Positions 1 through 12,955 of a stretch of DNA of 64,000 bases are shown here, piece by piece. The translations under genes and the position numbers were made by a program. Within the stretch, counting starts at the first letter, position 1. Every line of letters begins with the position of its first letter. The DNA lies in the NCBI GenBank assembly GCA_022605425.2, contig JAKIMF020000004.1, forward strand, positions 186,001 to 250,000. Direction: 5' to 3'. A model generated the notes under the pieces. It did no database searches. It saw only the letters and a program-made list of their open reading frames with translations, and had not been told where the DNA came from. The stretch is from Hamiltosporidium tvaerminnensis FI-OER-3-3. Its lineage: Eukaryota > Fungi > Microsporidia.

Positions 1-476
1 TACTTGTTTCACTTTTTTACACACATTTTATGTCTAAAACATTGTATAAGCCATTTTTTGCAAATATCATAACCTTAAATCCTTCTAGTATTTTATTAAA
101 TACTGTTAAGTAATACACGGAAGCTAAGATTGGATACAAACTTTAGCTGTATCATTTTTTAAAGGTTTTTTTGTGAATCTTTATTAAATCAAGAAAAACT
201 ATTTAGAATTTTATAGAAAAAACTTCGAATTCAAAACCTATAAAATTTTTATCTATTAATTACAATGTTCATATAAAAGAAACATAATAAAAGATAAAAA
301 TAAAAGAAGAATATGAATATATTTCAAAAAACAATATTAAATATTAGATAAATTCTCCATATAAAGAAATAGTGTTAGAAACCCAGGCATATCTTTTGTT
401 AATGAGTGAAATAAAATTATTTGAATTTTTAAATTGAGAAATATAAAAATAGAATAAAGTTAAAATGAATTTTTTT

Positions 477-3400
477 TTATTTTTTTGAATCTTTCTTTAA
501 GTTTTTTATATTTTCAAAATATTCAACTAATCTGGCGACTCTACCTTTTCCTTTGGTTCTAAGTTTTCTAGAATTTGTTGCGCTATCAGTTCTAATCGTG
601 TCAAAATATATGAAAATTGGATTGTTCATAGAAGTTTCGAGCCTTTGAAGTTCCTCTTGGTCTTGTGTTAAATCACTGGCTAAAGTCTGTTTTTTATTCT
701 GGTTTTCATTTTTATCACCTGATTTAAGATTGTAATGTGTTACAACAAATTTTTCTGTTGGTTCTTCTTTTTCATTTACGACGATAGAATCTGATGTTGT
801 TTTTTCTGATACGTTTTCTTCGTTTTTTGAAATTATTTTTGAAGCTGTTTTAATCTCAGACACCTTTTCTAATTCAGCTTGGCATTCTAATTTTTGAATT
901 TCTTGAATCTTCCCGATTTTTGGTTCTGATTTTCCAGATTCTTGTCCTTCCGAAACCACATCTGACGGTTTTCGCTCGCCGTTGCTATCTTCATTCTTAT
1001 CTACCTTATTTATGTCTTTGGTGGGTTTATTAGCGTATTCGCTCTGTTTCTGATCAGAAGTTAGAGGTTGAATGATTTCTTTATCTTCTTCAATAGATTT
1101 ACGTTCTCTTGCTTCTTTTGGCTTGTTTTCATCTAATTTTATGTGTTCTTTTGATTTTCTTTCATCTGGTTTTAATTGTTCCTTTGGTTTGAATGAATTC
1201 AGTCTTTCTTCTGGTAGTTTTTTAATTTCTTGCATTGGTTTTCTTTCGCTCTTTTCATCTTTTTCTTCGGTGGATGATGTTTTGGACGAAAATCTGCTCT
1301 GTGTGGATAAACTATTACTCGATGTTTCGGTTAGTTTCATCTTTAACTCTTCTTTTGGTTCCGTTTCTATTTTTTTACCGTTTTGTTTTTCAGAACTGCT
1401 TTCAATAGATTTCTCTGTGTTATCCATACTATCTTGCTTATTATCGATTTCTTTTTGATCCTTATTTAGATTATCTAATCTTTCATTGGAAGATTTTTCT
1501 TCTTCAGGTTTTGAAAAATTTTGATTGCCATCACTTCTTTCTAAACTTAAATGACCACTTTCTCTAGAAGATTTTATACTTGAGATGTCACTTTTATCAA
1601 TAGATTGGTCAGTTAAACCTTTATTATCAGTTCTCCGATCGTCTAACACTTTTTTGTTAGGATCGTTGGATTCTATAATTTTATCTTCCCTAGAATCCAC
1701 AGGATTGTCTTCAGATGGTTTGGATTTTGATTCAAACGCATCGCTAATTTTTTCATCTTTAACTACCTCATTTTCAGAAAACGCTTCAGTCGGATTTGGG
1801 TTTTCTACATGGTATTTCGAAAAAGATGCACCTTTTTGCACAGGAAAATTTTCACTTATTTCAGAACTTAAAGTAGAAAAAGGATCATATTTAACATTTT
1901 CTTTGCTTTTAGTAGATCCTCCATAGGGCATTTCTTTACTTGATTTTGTTGCATCGCTCAATGATGATCCATCAACATTTTCATAAATATTTGTATTTTT
2001 CAAAAGTTCTCCGGGCTCTTTTTTAACTTCTGCCATAGAAACAGATACTTCTTTGGTCGATATATTTTCGTCAGATCCATTTGCTCCGGATGCTGATTTT
2101 TCAGAAGATGAAATTTCTTCTGCAATATTTTTATTATTTGAATTATTTTCATCAGAATTTTGTGCTAAAGAATCCGAATCTAAAAGATCTAATAATTCCG
2201 GTGAGGATTGAGTATCTCTTGATGGTTTATGATGTTCGTTTTTTTGTGCCGTAGTAGCTATACTTGCACCTGCAAAAAATAACCCGAGTGAAGTAAATAT
2301 TCCAGAAAATCCTTCATTTCTTGTAATTACATTCGTATTTTCATTTTCTTGATCGGATTCTAATCCAAGAATTTTTCCGTTACCATTTTCTTCAATAAAA
2401 ATAATTTCTTCTGGCTTTACATTATTTTTACTGTCGTCTTTTGCATCATCTCCTTCTTTTTCTTCCTTTTTTTCAGTCTTAATCGTTTCGACTTCTTTTT
2501 CGTTTTTAAGCCTTTCTCCGTTTTCTTTCGTACAAGTGAGATCGTGGTCACTTTCTGTACCTTTTTTATCTTGAATTTTTAAATTTTCACTTCCATAAAG
2601 AATAATATTTGGGGTTTTGTTGTTGCTTAAACTCTCTTCTTCTTTCTCGTTTTTTCCCGTAAAAGATTCAACGTCAACTTCCTCGAGAGATTCAAAGCTA
2701 CGATTCTCTTCTGATTCTTTCGACTGATAAATCGGATTTTGCGTAGATAAATTCGATGAAGTAAAAACATCATCTCGGATGTTTTCACCTCGTAAAAGAT
2801 CTGATATTTCGGGATCTGTTGATGCTTTTGAGCGAGATCTAATTTCAGCTTCCTCTTCCTCCTCTGAAAAACTTGAGAAAATCTTGCTGGTGTCTGAGTG
2901 TTGCCAAAAAGATTCAGTATCCTCATCGAATTTTTTATCTTCGTTTACATCAGTCTTTTTTGTTATAATTTTTTCTTTTATCTTTTCCTTTTTGGGCTTA
3001 ATTTTCTCAATACACTCTTCTATATAATCTAATCCCCATTCTTCAGAATCACTTGAATGAATCTCACTTACCTCGTATGAAGATGATTCGCTAACAAATG
3101 TTTCATATAGTTTTTTCTTTGCACTAATCTCAAAATCGTCGTTTATTTTTTTAAGTTTCGGTGTCGAAAGAGCTGCTCTAATCACTCTTTTTTCCACTTT
3201 TTTCATACATTTGCAACACATCTTATTTTTTGTTTTTTCCTTGCCGCACTTTGAACAACTCTGGTCACTTTCATTCCCCACATTCGTTTCTTCAGAATCC
3301 AATACCAAATTTTCTTCCTTACACGTTAAAATCAATGTTCGTTTCTTTTTTACTTTGCTTGTCCCGATGCTATCTTTACTATCATCACATACTTTTTTAA

Positions 3401-3590
3401 CAACATTATTTTCGTTAATATTATTTAACTTACTATCCGATTTTCCACAACATTCCTTACATTTAGTATTATCATGCTTACATTCACCTCCACATTTATC
3501 TTTCTTATCTTCTTGACTCTCATTTTCATCCATATTTTTACGGTTATTTGATTTCTCATTTAAACTTTTCTTATTATTATCTTCATACAT
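477..3590 (-). CDS. Large low-complexity (K/E/S/D/N-rich), probably disordered hypothetical protein, 1037 aa
   Basis: 3.1 kb stop-free ORF in very AT-rich DNA; AATAAA ~20 nt after the stop; N-terminal Cys clusters, one central hydrophobic stretch (GFSGIFTSLGLFFAGASIA), C-terminal RVARLVEYFE. Confidence 0.85.
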   Translation of the reverse strand: MYEDNNKKSLNEKSNNRKNMDENESQEDKKDKCGGECKHDNTKCKECCGKSDSKLNNINENNVVKKVCDDSKDSIGTSKVKKKRTLILTCKEENLVLDSEETNVGNESDQSCSKCGKEKTKNKMCCKCMKKVEKRVIRAALSTPKLKKINDDFEISAKKKLYETFVSESSSYEVSEIHSSDSEEWGLDYIEECIEKIKPKKEKIKEKIITKKTDVNEDKKFDEDTESFWQHSDTSKIFSSFSEEEEEAEIRSRSKASTDPEISDLLRGENIRDDVFTSSNLSTQNPIYQSKESEENRSFESLEEVDVESFTGKNEKEEESLSNNKTPNIILYGSENLKIQDKKGTESDHDLTCTKENGERLKNEKEVETIKTEKKEEKEGDDAKDDSKNNVKPEEIIFIEENGNGKILGLESDQENENTNVITRNEGFSGIFTSLGLFFAGASIATTAQKNEHHKPSRDTQSSPELLDLLDSDSLAQNSDENNSNNKNIAEEISSSEKSASGANGSDENISTKEVSVSMAEVKKEPGELLKNTNIYENVDGSSLSDATKSSKEMPYGGSTKSKENVKYDPFSTLSSEISENFPVQKGASFSKYHVENPNPTEAFSENEVVKDEKISDAFESKSKPSEDNPVDSREDKIIESNDPNKKVLDDRRTDNKGLTDQSIDKSDISSIKSSRESGHLSLERSDGNQNFSKPEEEKSSNERLDNLNKDQKEIDNKQDSMDNTEKSIESSSEKQNGKKIETEPKEELKMKLTETSSNSLSTQSRFSSKTSSTEEKDEKSERKPMQEIKKLPEERLNSFKPKEQLKPDERKSKEHIKLDENKPKEARERKSIEEDKEIIQPLTSDQKQSEYANKPTKDINKVDKNEDSNGERKPSDVVSEGQESGKSEPKIGKIQEIQKLECQAELEKVSEIKTASKIISKNEENVSEKTTSDSIVVNEKEEPTEKFVVTHYNLKSGDKNENQNKKQTLASDLTQDQEELQRLETSMNNPIFIYFDTIRTDSATNSRKLRTKGKGRVARLVEYFENIKNLKKDSKK

Positions 3591-4685
3591 TTTCTGGTAT
3601 GTTTATCTCCTAAAATAGAAAAGATAACAAGTAACCAATCATTTATCATTTTTTCACACTGTTTCTCCTTTTTCTTAAAGTTTTTTACTTTTTTTATTCA
3701 TTTAGTTTAAAACTGTTTTATGGTTAAGATTAGATTTTTTTAAAAAACTATTATTTTTCATTTAAAAAGCAAATAAAACTTGATTTAATAATAGATATTT
3801 CTAAATATCAAGCAAACTAAACTTTTTTAACATTTGTTTCATTAAGTGGCCACTCTATGTTAATATTTGTATCCTTCTTATAAATAACAATTTGATGTTT
3901 ATCTAATTTTCAATTTAGATTTATTAAATACTTATTTTATTTTCGTAATTTTTTCTATTCACCAAAGGAATTTTTGTTCACCACGAGATCTAATATTCAA
4001 TTTAATACTTTATCTAAAATCTATTTTGTTTTATGTATAAATACTTCCTTAAATATCTCAATAACTAATATTTTTTGAATATTATAGTTTAGTTATCAAA
4101 TTTCATCTAATCTAATATATTATCAAATTAACTTAAAAATATATATATTAGAATACTTTATTTTTTTATAATTTCAAATATATTTTTTTTTCAAAAATAG
4201 AAAAACACGTGTTTTAATTTAATCTTTCGAGTAAAGTTTTTCTATTTAATAAATTTTTAATAATTTGCAACACAGTGGAATTATTATATTGTTATTAATT
4301 TTAATCTTTTTAAATATAATTTTTATTCGTGCATATGTTACAATAAATAAAGTTTTAAAATATAATTTAATAAAAAATTTAAGTATCTTTTCTAATTCAA
4401 ATTCTATTTCTATTTAAAACCAAATTCTAAATAATTTTGAATTAAAATATTTAAAAAGTAATATATAAGGAAATGCCGCAATTTCTTTTCTTTTCTTTTC
4501 TATTCAAATTCTAAATTAAAAATTCTAACTTCTAATAAAAAAATATCTTTAATAAATTAATGTTTGAAACATTTGTGTTCATTTTTTTAAGTTTAATTAA
4601 GAAACAATTATTATTTAAAAATTCCTTTTTTATTCTTACCTAAATTCTAATTTAATAATTAAAAAAAAAACACATCCCTTGCATA

Positions 4686-5870
4686 ATGAAAGAATACGAT
4701 ATAATTATATATGGAGCAAGTGGATATACAGCGAGATTTGTAATTGAAAGATTGATAAAAGAACAGAAACGAATAGCACTTGCTGGTAGATCCTTATCTA
4801 ATATAAATAAAAATATAATTAGTTTGGACTTAAAAGAAGATATAGAAATATTTGAAGTAACTGTTGATAATATTGATATAATTACTTCTAAAACCAAGGT
4901 ATTAGTAAATTGTTGTGGTCCGTATATTTTTACAGGAGAAAAAATTGTTAAATCTTGTATTGAACATAGGACACATTATTTGGATATTACTGGTGAAACT
5001 CTGTTTATTGAAAGAATACTTAATAAATATGGGGAAATGGCAAAAAGAAATGGTGTTTTTATTCTAAATTGTTGTGGATTTGATTCCGTACCAGCTGATA
5101 TGGGATTTGAATATTTAAAAAAACATATGAATGTGGATAATTTTGAATGTGAAAGTGTTATGAGTTTAAAGAATTCGTTTGTAAATGTTGCAACTTATCA
5201 ATCTTTAATCTATGGATTGGGAAATATTCAAGAATTACGTAAATTAAGAAGAAATGAGAAAAAAGTGAAAAATAAAAAAATTAAGAAAATATTTTATAAT
5301 AAGTTGACGCAATCATATTGTGTGATATTTATGGGAACAGATGCCAGTGTTGTGAAAAGATCACAAAATATGTTAGAAGAGCATGATTTATCTAAAAAAG
5401 GGGAATATTCTGCGTATTTCGAAGTTGGCTCGTTGAAAAATTTAATATTATTTATGTTTTATTTTGGAATGATTTATTTTCTTTCTAAATTTAAATTCGG
5501 TAGAAAAATTTTGTTGGCTTTTCCGGGTTTCTTCTCGTGTTATCGAATAAAACCAAATGGACCAACATTGAGTGAAATAGAAAATGCGAGTTTTAGCATT
5601 GTCTTTTGGGGGAAAGGAGTAGCTTCAAATGGTGAAATAATAAGAAATAAGCTCAAAATTGATGGTGGCGATCCTGGCTATATTACTACTGCGACATGTT
5701 TAACTCACTGTACAGTAGTTTTGTTAAATATGTTAGAAGAAAAAGAAATGGGAATTAAAAATAGTTTAAGTTTGTTGGAAGGGGGAATATTTACTCCTGC
5801 TAGTGTTTTTAGTGAAACCGATCTGATTGATAGATTGTGTTTGAAAGGTGTTAATTTTAATATTGAATAG
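4686..5870 (+). CDS. SCCPDH: Saccharopine dehydrogenase-like oxidoreductase
   Basis: Rossmann motif YDIIIYGASGYTA plus family motifs NCCGPY, YLDITGE, CGFDSVPADMG, DPGY; CCC motif just upstream of ATG. Confidence 0.92.
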   Translation: MKEYDIIIYGASGYTARFVIERLIKEQKRIALAGRSLSNINKNIISLDLKEDIEIFEVTVDNIDIITSKTKVLVNCCGPYIFTGEKIVKSCIEHRTHYLDITGETLFIERILNKYGEMAKRNGVFILNCCGFDSVPADMGFEYLKKHMNVDNFECESVMSLKNSFVNVATYQSLIYGLGNIQELRKLRRNEKKVKNKKIKKIFYNKLTQSYCVIFMGTDASVVKRSQNMLEEHDLSKKGEYSAYFEVGSLKNLILFMFYFGMIYFLSKFKFGRKILLAFPGFFSCYRIKPNGPTLSEIENASFSIVFWGKGVASNGEIIRNKLKIDGGDPGYITTATCLTHCTVVLLNMLEEKEMGIKNSLSLLEGGIFTPASVFSETDLIDRLCLKGVNFNIE

Positions 5871-6059
5871 TTAAATGGGTCTGTCTTTATTTATTTATTT
5901 GCCATTATTTTAGTTTATTTTATAGTTTTAATTTTAACAATTCCACAATATATTTAGCGATTAATTTTACGTTGTGATTTTTTCTGAAATTAAAAACAGA
6001 TGAAATATTTAAAATTTGTTTGTTTATTTTCTTTATGCATGAATCAAAGTAGGCACCGT

Positions 6060-6450
6060 ATGGATAAAAAAGGATTTCAGAGTTGAATCCCAAACCAGAT
6101 TTTATTATTTGAACAGGAGACTGAACATGATAAATTTCATTTAAAATGACTCTCTTTACAAAAATCACTTCAAATTGATGAAACTAAAAACAAGAGAAGT
6201 ATGACCTGCTAACCAACAATTTACGTTTTATTTATGAATTTGGTATGGAGATACGTTCTCTTAGTTAATCTAGCACAATATTTGACAAAATACTATAAGA
6301 TGTATATAAAAGACAATCAATAACTAAAATGTAGATATGTACATTCTGTAGACATTGCCTAAAATACAGTCCAAACAATTTATTTTGATCGAAGAAGAGG
6401 ACTTAAGTCAGGACCAAGTACTGAAGAGAGTCAAAAAAGAGTGTATTCGA
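6060..6450 (+). mobile_element. Degenerate 3' fragment (RLE region) of the R4/Dong-like LINE
   Basis: Nucleotide similarity to 53000-53380 (tcacttcaaat.g.tgaaac; tatgacctgcta; tttgatcga.gaagaggactt..gtcaggac). Confidence 0.7.
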
Positions 6451-6499
6451 GTTTTGGCGTCGTTTCTTTATTCCGGTCACGTCTTTTTATAAAATATTA

Positions 6500-7960
6500 A
6501 ATTATTTTTCATTTTTTGTTGTGTAAAACTATACAATCCCCTTTTTATCTTAAAGGAGGTATAATTCCTGTTTTATTTTCTGTTTCTGGCATAACACGCA
6601 TAGCTGCACATTTCCGTGGTTCTGCTGCCATTTTATTGACTAAATTACTCTTCTCATATTAAAAGAAATTGTTCCAAATGATTTTTTAAGAACTATTGCT
6701 TTTCCCGACTTTAAGTCTTAAGTATTTAAAGTCTTGTAAGGAGTGACAATAATATTTTGCCACAATACAGTCTTAGGTTATCTCATAAAGAGTTATCTCA
6801 ACACCAAACTCATAAATAAAATCCAGATCGTTATTTAGCAGATCATACTCCTTTTTATTTCTGTTTCAACTATTTGAAGTGAATCTTGTAAAATATTTCC
6901 TACTTCGTTATGTGTTATTTTCTTTATAATTTTATTTAACAGAAATATATCGGATCTATTAATCTGAATCTCAATATCACTTTTTATTCAGGTGTCCACT
7001 TTTATCTCTGCATACTCAATTTCGAAATTTTTTTGAACCAGTGGCTCCTAATTTGTTTTGCAGACACAAATTTGTAGCCAAATAATCTGGGAAAGATTAG
7101 GTCCATAATCCCTTCATTATACCGTCCAATTAGTAATATTCACACATTTTCTCACATAGAGCTGCCAAATTATTTACTGTTTCACCAGATTAGCTGCAGT
7201 ATTAACACATAACTTCTGCACCTCATAATTTATTTATATCTTGAATATAGCAGAATACTGTTTCATCGCATGGCCTTATATCGATTTCTCCATATATCTT
7301 AAAGAGACACTGACGCATACAAGTTTATTTTTTAATGAATAAATAACTTTGACTGAAGTTTTTGTTTTCCTATTTCGTTATATAATTTTGCATGTTGAGC
7401 TTCCTCCGATTTATTTTTAGTGACTTCTTCTTCTATCCAATATTTTATTTGTAAAAAAGCTTCTAATAGTGCAGGGTGTGTTTTCTTATCGTTCTACATT
7501 TAGGATTGCTGCTTTTCTGGTAGATTTATCTTTGTGTTTTTCCATAAATCTAAGAATTTCAAAAGCAATGTTCGCTTTTGAACTCAACACCATGTAAACC
7601 TCTTCCAAGTTTAGTAAGGGAGAGGTTTAGAAGTTTTTTACATTCTGGAAAATGATGTATCTTATTTTCTACAAGCACTGGACGCACTACATAATCCAGC
7701 TCGAGAAGTCGGTTGGTTCAAGTCGAAGTAACCTTTTAGTGATTATTAATCAGAAATATCGCAGATTGATAAATTGAACAAAAGTAAATTTTCTCGACTT
7801 AATCAAGTGTGAATAGGTATATCTCTTGATATCAGTTTGCTTTGTACTTCTTCGAATGTGCTAGGTGTCGAAATACCTCTGGTATCTTCTACTATTCTCA
7901 GATATTTATAAACAGCAACAGCTTCTAGAACAGTAGCAGTATCTTCACAACACGTAAAGT
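6500..7960 (-). mobile_element. Degenerate 5'-truncated copy of the R4/Dong-like LINE
   Basis: ORF 7803-7985 contains TCCEDTAT..YKYL.I.ED.RGI.TPS.FEEVQSKLISR, matching the 51726 ORF; the reverse complement of 6830-6920 matches 53060-53150. Confidence 0.85.
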
Positions 7961-9949
7961 TCATGGGCAACTTCGTGTGATTCAATCGAAATAAATTTCA
8001 AAATAATTTATTAAAAAGTTTTTCAAGTTTTCATGAAGTTTTTAATGAACATCTTTTAGTATTTTTTAAGTTTTATTGCTTACTTTTATATGCGTGTTAT
8101 ATTGATATAAAATGGATAATATCTATATTTAGCTCTATTAAATTATTATGGTTTTGATTTAATATTTTTATGGGATATAAAATTTAACATTTTAATTTAA
8201 ATCTTTTTGGCATTTTTCCGAATATTCTTTAATATTCTTTAATATTTGTATGTGGAATTTAAACTTGATATGCTTATTTATTTATTGTACCAAGTTTTTT
8301 TTGTCAAAGAATAAATATTTTTATTGAAAAAACTGCATTCAGAACAAATCATTATGAAATGATTTACTCGAATGATTTAATTCCAGTGAGATTTCTATAG
8401 TTTTCTATTCCTCTAGCGCATCTAAATAACAATAGAATGATGCGAAATGAAATCAATATAATACATTGGAGAATTTATGTTTTCTACAGTTACTCGAATA
8501 CACCGAAACTTTGGTTTATAATTGATTTATTAGAATATTATTCTTGTTAACATTAACTTAAAATGTATTTTCATTAACTAAAAATATTTGACAGTTTTTT
8601 TAATTTGTTATGTCATACAATAAATTTGAAATACAAATAAACTAATTAAAATATTTAAAAAACTAATCTAATTCTAAATGCATAAAAATATTTTTTTAAA
8701 TATGAAATAAAGAAAAAAATAAAATAACTCATTGAATATGAAATAAAGACAAACTAAAATAATTGTTTAACAAAAAATTAAATACAAAATAAAAATAAAT
8801 TTTCTAAAATTTATTAAAGAAGATTCGAAATACTTTTTTAAGAAATACAATCTGAAAAAATAACAATTAAATAGGAAATTAAATGTCTTTGATGTTAATA
8901 TATCTTAATTTGACTTAAAATAGGAATTTATATTTTCATGTCAAAATGATAGTTTAATTTTTCTATTAGAAATAATTTACCCATAAAAATTTTATTTAAT
9001 AAAATTCTGGGTTAACAAATTTTCTCTTTCGAATAATTAAACTATCATTTCAACCACTTCTTCCCATAAAAATTTATATTGAAATTAAAATGAGCTATTG
9101 GAAATGAAGTCATGGAAATAATCGAGTAAATTTGAAATATTTTATAATTCCTAATTAAATAAGAAAGACCATCGAAATATTCTGTAAATTTCTTAGTTGA
9201 AATAAAATTTGAAATTATTTAAGATATTAAAATAGTTTGATATCAGTATTTCTTTCCGGTATTGATCAAGTTGTGATAAGCAGATGTTCATATTTTTAGT
9301 TCTTTTTGCCACAAAAGTTAAATACATACCACAAATGGTTCATATCTTTGCTTATTTCCTTGATTTTTTTCGTTGAGAATTAAATTTTGTGTAAGCAGAG
9401 TTTTCGATCCAACTTTCAATCCGGGGATTATGAAACATAAAGAGTGTATCAACTAAAAACCATTCAATTTCTGATTTGGATGGCATTCCAACCACTAAAG
9501 AACCGGGATGAATATTAATTTCAGTTATAAACTATTATGTATCACATACATAGTAAATAAATTTTAAGAAGAAAAATGTTTCAGATTATTTAAGTGCATT
9601 CCTTTATTTACTAAAAACATTGTTTATTGAATTGAATCAACACAGCCAAAATCTAAAGATTTTTCTTAGAATTAATGAACTTAATTATATATTGAGATAG
9701 TAATATATAATGAAATATTAGAGAGGTTTTATTAATTATTTTAAATTTAAAAACAGTTAACAATTATTTACTCATATTTGTTAACAAGGGCAGCAACAGA
9801 CAGATTTATAAAAATTCACTGAAATAGTTACACATGAATTTTTTTTACTTTGAAATAGGTTTTTATTTAAATATATTTTGGTCTAAATTCATAATAAGCA
9901 TTCCTAACATAAAAAGAATCTTTGATAAAATATAAAAAAAAGATCTTAT

Positions 9950-11900
9950 AAATAATCTTGTGTTCAAATATCCGAAGTTAAAGTTTTAAAGTGGTTTTTA
10001 AGCTTTGCTTGTGAACTCTTTAGTTTTTGTAAAACAACAGGATTTATTCTGGATTATACAATCTGACTAATAATAACAAAAATTTCTAAGAAATTCCGAA
10101 CAATAAAAACCCCAAGATTATGATTCATAAATTAATCATATTTAATTTTAGGTTTATATCAAGCTACAAAAAAATAATATAATTGAATCGCGTTTTTAAA
10201 TTATTCATGTCTTTTGAATAAAAAGCTCATGATGAGACTAAAAAGAAAAATATTAAATTGAAATATAAAAAACAAGCACCTATAATATGAAAGGCATAAT
10301 TATTGCTCAACAGTTGTAAATGGTTTGAAAAACAAAAAAAATTGAAAGACCAGGCTCTTAAATAAAGCTTAATTATTGCTCAAAAATTTCCAAATTGATT
10401 GAAAAAACAGAAATATTATAATTGAATCAACAATGATTAAGTAATTGTATTTTCTGATTATAAAATAATTCAGAAGCCGCCTTTATTATACGGATCTTAT
10501 ATACCTAAATATATTTATGTTGGGAAAATATTAGACATGTGAAGAAACCGATCTGAGTTTAAAAAACCATAAATCTTTATTTTTTTAAAATATTCTATGT
10601 AAATAAAGGAACAAGAATTAGCCTTTTTGAAGCAAACCATAGAAAAAAATTTGGGGAGTATAAACAAGAATAATCATCACAAATATAATCAAAAATTGGG
10701 AAGGGAAACAATCATTTGAATGCGGATTTATGAATCTTCGAGCCTTAAACTTAAAAGTGTTATAGACTAACCATGAAATATTAACTTTAATAATTCTATA
10801 GATTAGTTTAAATTCTAGATTTATATTTAAAAACAATGAATGGTGAATAATTATAGAATCAAAGGATATAGGATATATATAGAATACAATATTATCACTG
10901 TAATTAAACAAAGAAGAACTATATGGTTGAAAAACGTAAAAAAATACTTGCGAAATTGGGTTTTATTTAAATTTATACAGCCATATACTCGTAGGTAGGA
11001 AAAAATGTTATGGAAAACGAAAAAGATGACTATAAACTGTATAAGGGTCTAAAAAAACACAATTATTTATAATAAAGAAGTTTTATACAAAATAGGTTGA
11101 AAATAGAAAATGATCATAGAGGCTGTTCCTTATTCTTCAAATGCTGTGGAGTCTCAAATAAGATTGAATTATATGAATTGTAACTTGGACTCAAAAATTT
11201 TATTACACGGAGGATACATATTCTTTACGTCTAGAACGTAATGTGCAATAAATCAAGTATGAATAATTACTTAAAAACGGTATCTCTTCAATAAAATGCT
11301 GTAAAAGTCATTTTAAAATTGTTTGATGATTTAATTGATTTTTCGTCTATAAATATTCAAAAGTTTTCAGAAATAAAAATTTATTATTTGATTGTGGAAC
11401 TACTAATATGTATGTCGGTAAAATCAAGAGTGAACACCATAATGAAAACCAAGACCATGATTATATCCAATTTTTTTATTCAAGACAAAAAATAAAATAA
11501 GTCGATTCATAAATGAGTAAAAACACACATAAAAGCGTTGCTTCAGACTCTTGGAATCCAAAAACTTAGAAAATAGTATTTTATAAAGAACAAAGTTTTA
11601 CATTTAAATGTAATATTTTAATATTTTCTTATAGTTTTCAGATAATATTCTGAAGAAACGTAACAACATATTAAAGATTGAAATCCACCAAAATTAGAGA
11701 TATATACTTAATCTAAAGTATCAAAAAGACAGTTAAAACAATTTCCTTTGATTAATGAACATGATTTGATTGAATACTTGGTTCTATCGTAGGCTGGAGA
11801 ATAATACCAGTGATACTTTAGAAATAGCCACGTATTTACAACTCATTTCATATATGCTTTAAGAAGAAAACCTATCTGAATCAACCAAAATATCAGACTA
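9950..11900 (+). mobile_element. Possible highly decayed Ty3/gypsy pol relic (RT end, RNase H, integrase)
   Basis: Fragmentary motifs read by eye in the expected order (F.LG..I, PDY..F.LYTD, V.T(D/N)H, YN..H...K..P); no ORF remains; boundaries approximate. Confidence 0.3.
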
Positions 11901-12337
11901 ATAAATTCCTTAATTATTGAATAGAATAACTGAAATTTAAACTTTTATTCCCATTTTAGAGTGAAAGTAACCTTTGAAAGCTTTTGTTAAGATGAATATA
12001 TTGATGAGATAAAAAAAGGGAAATTTAAATCAAAATTTGAGAAACTGCTATCATATGAAACAGACATTTTACTGACATAAAATATGTTACACGTTTTACA
12101 TTTTGATTTGCTAAATATAATTTTTCCAATCCAATTCAAACTATTTTCCCTAAAATAAACATTTTATAGTCCCAAAAATTAAGAAATTCGCTTATAATTT
12201 ATTCTTTTAAAAATAAATTATTGCGCTTTTTTCTCATAATTTTATCTACTAATTTAATTTATTATAATTTAAGATCAACATTTTATTATCTTTGAAATCA
12301 ATTAAAATAAAAAAGAAACCCCCTTTTCAAAACAAAA

Positions 12338-12955
12338 ATGCTTCATAAAATGGAAGTACCAACAAGGCTTAATAAAGAATATCTTTTAAAATATCGTTCT
12401 TATAAATCTTTAAATATAATTATAAAAGATAAATATATAGAAGATTTGAATGACATTCAATCTTCAACGAAAAAATTCTCTAAAAGTACTTCTTCTGTTG
12501 CCAATAAAATTATTTCTAAAGAAAAATCATTATTAGATTTTTCTAAAAATGACGAAAATATTTGTGACCAAGAGTATTTAATTGTAAGCGAAGAAGAAAG
12601 TGGAGAAATTACAAATATAAATCTTAATAAAAGAAAAAATAAAGATGATCATATTTCTAAGAAAATACAAGATACCGATACTAAAAAGAAAAATGTCAAT
12701 TATAGAACTCAAATATGTAAATTTTTTATTTCTAATTCTTGTACACGTGGTGATGAATGCACATTTTCGCATGATACTTCTAAATTTCCATGTAGAGCTT
12801 ACCACTTAAGAAATTCTTGCACAAGAAAAATCTGCTTGTTCTCACATAAACCTATTTCTTTAGAAGAGCTTAAGCGAATGAAAGATGAGGAAGAAGGTGA
12901 CGTATCTGAAGCTATAAATTTTATATCACCGCTGACCAACGAAAAGTCACAATAA
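12338..12955 (+). CDS. Tandem CCCH (C3H1) zinc-finger protein, putative RNA-binding
   Basis: CKFFISNSCTRGDECTFSH and CRAYHLRNSCTRKICLFSH; CCCCC upstream of ATG; stop overlaps AATAAA. Confidence 0.88.
   Translation: MLHKMEVPTRLNKEYLLKYRSYKSLNIIIKDKYIEDLNDIQSSTKKFSKSTSSVANKIISKEKSLLDFSKNDENICDQEYLIVSEEESGEITNINLNKRKNKDDHISKKIQDTDTKKKNVNYRTQICKFFISNSCTRGDECTFSHDTSKFPCRAYHLRNSCTRKICLFSHKPISLEELKRMKDEEEGDVSEAINFISPLTNEKSQ

Noticed and set aside
1072-3516. Ser/Phe/Leu-rich + strand ORFs
   Set aside because: Antisense shadows of the K/E-rich 1037-aa gene
5920-6168. 82-aa minus-strand ORF, plus 10618, 23318, 25657, 30439 and 61315 ORFs
   Set aside because: They lie within transposon relics or repeats and show no independent coding evidence
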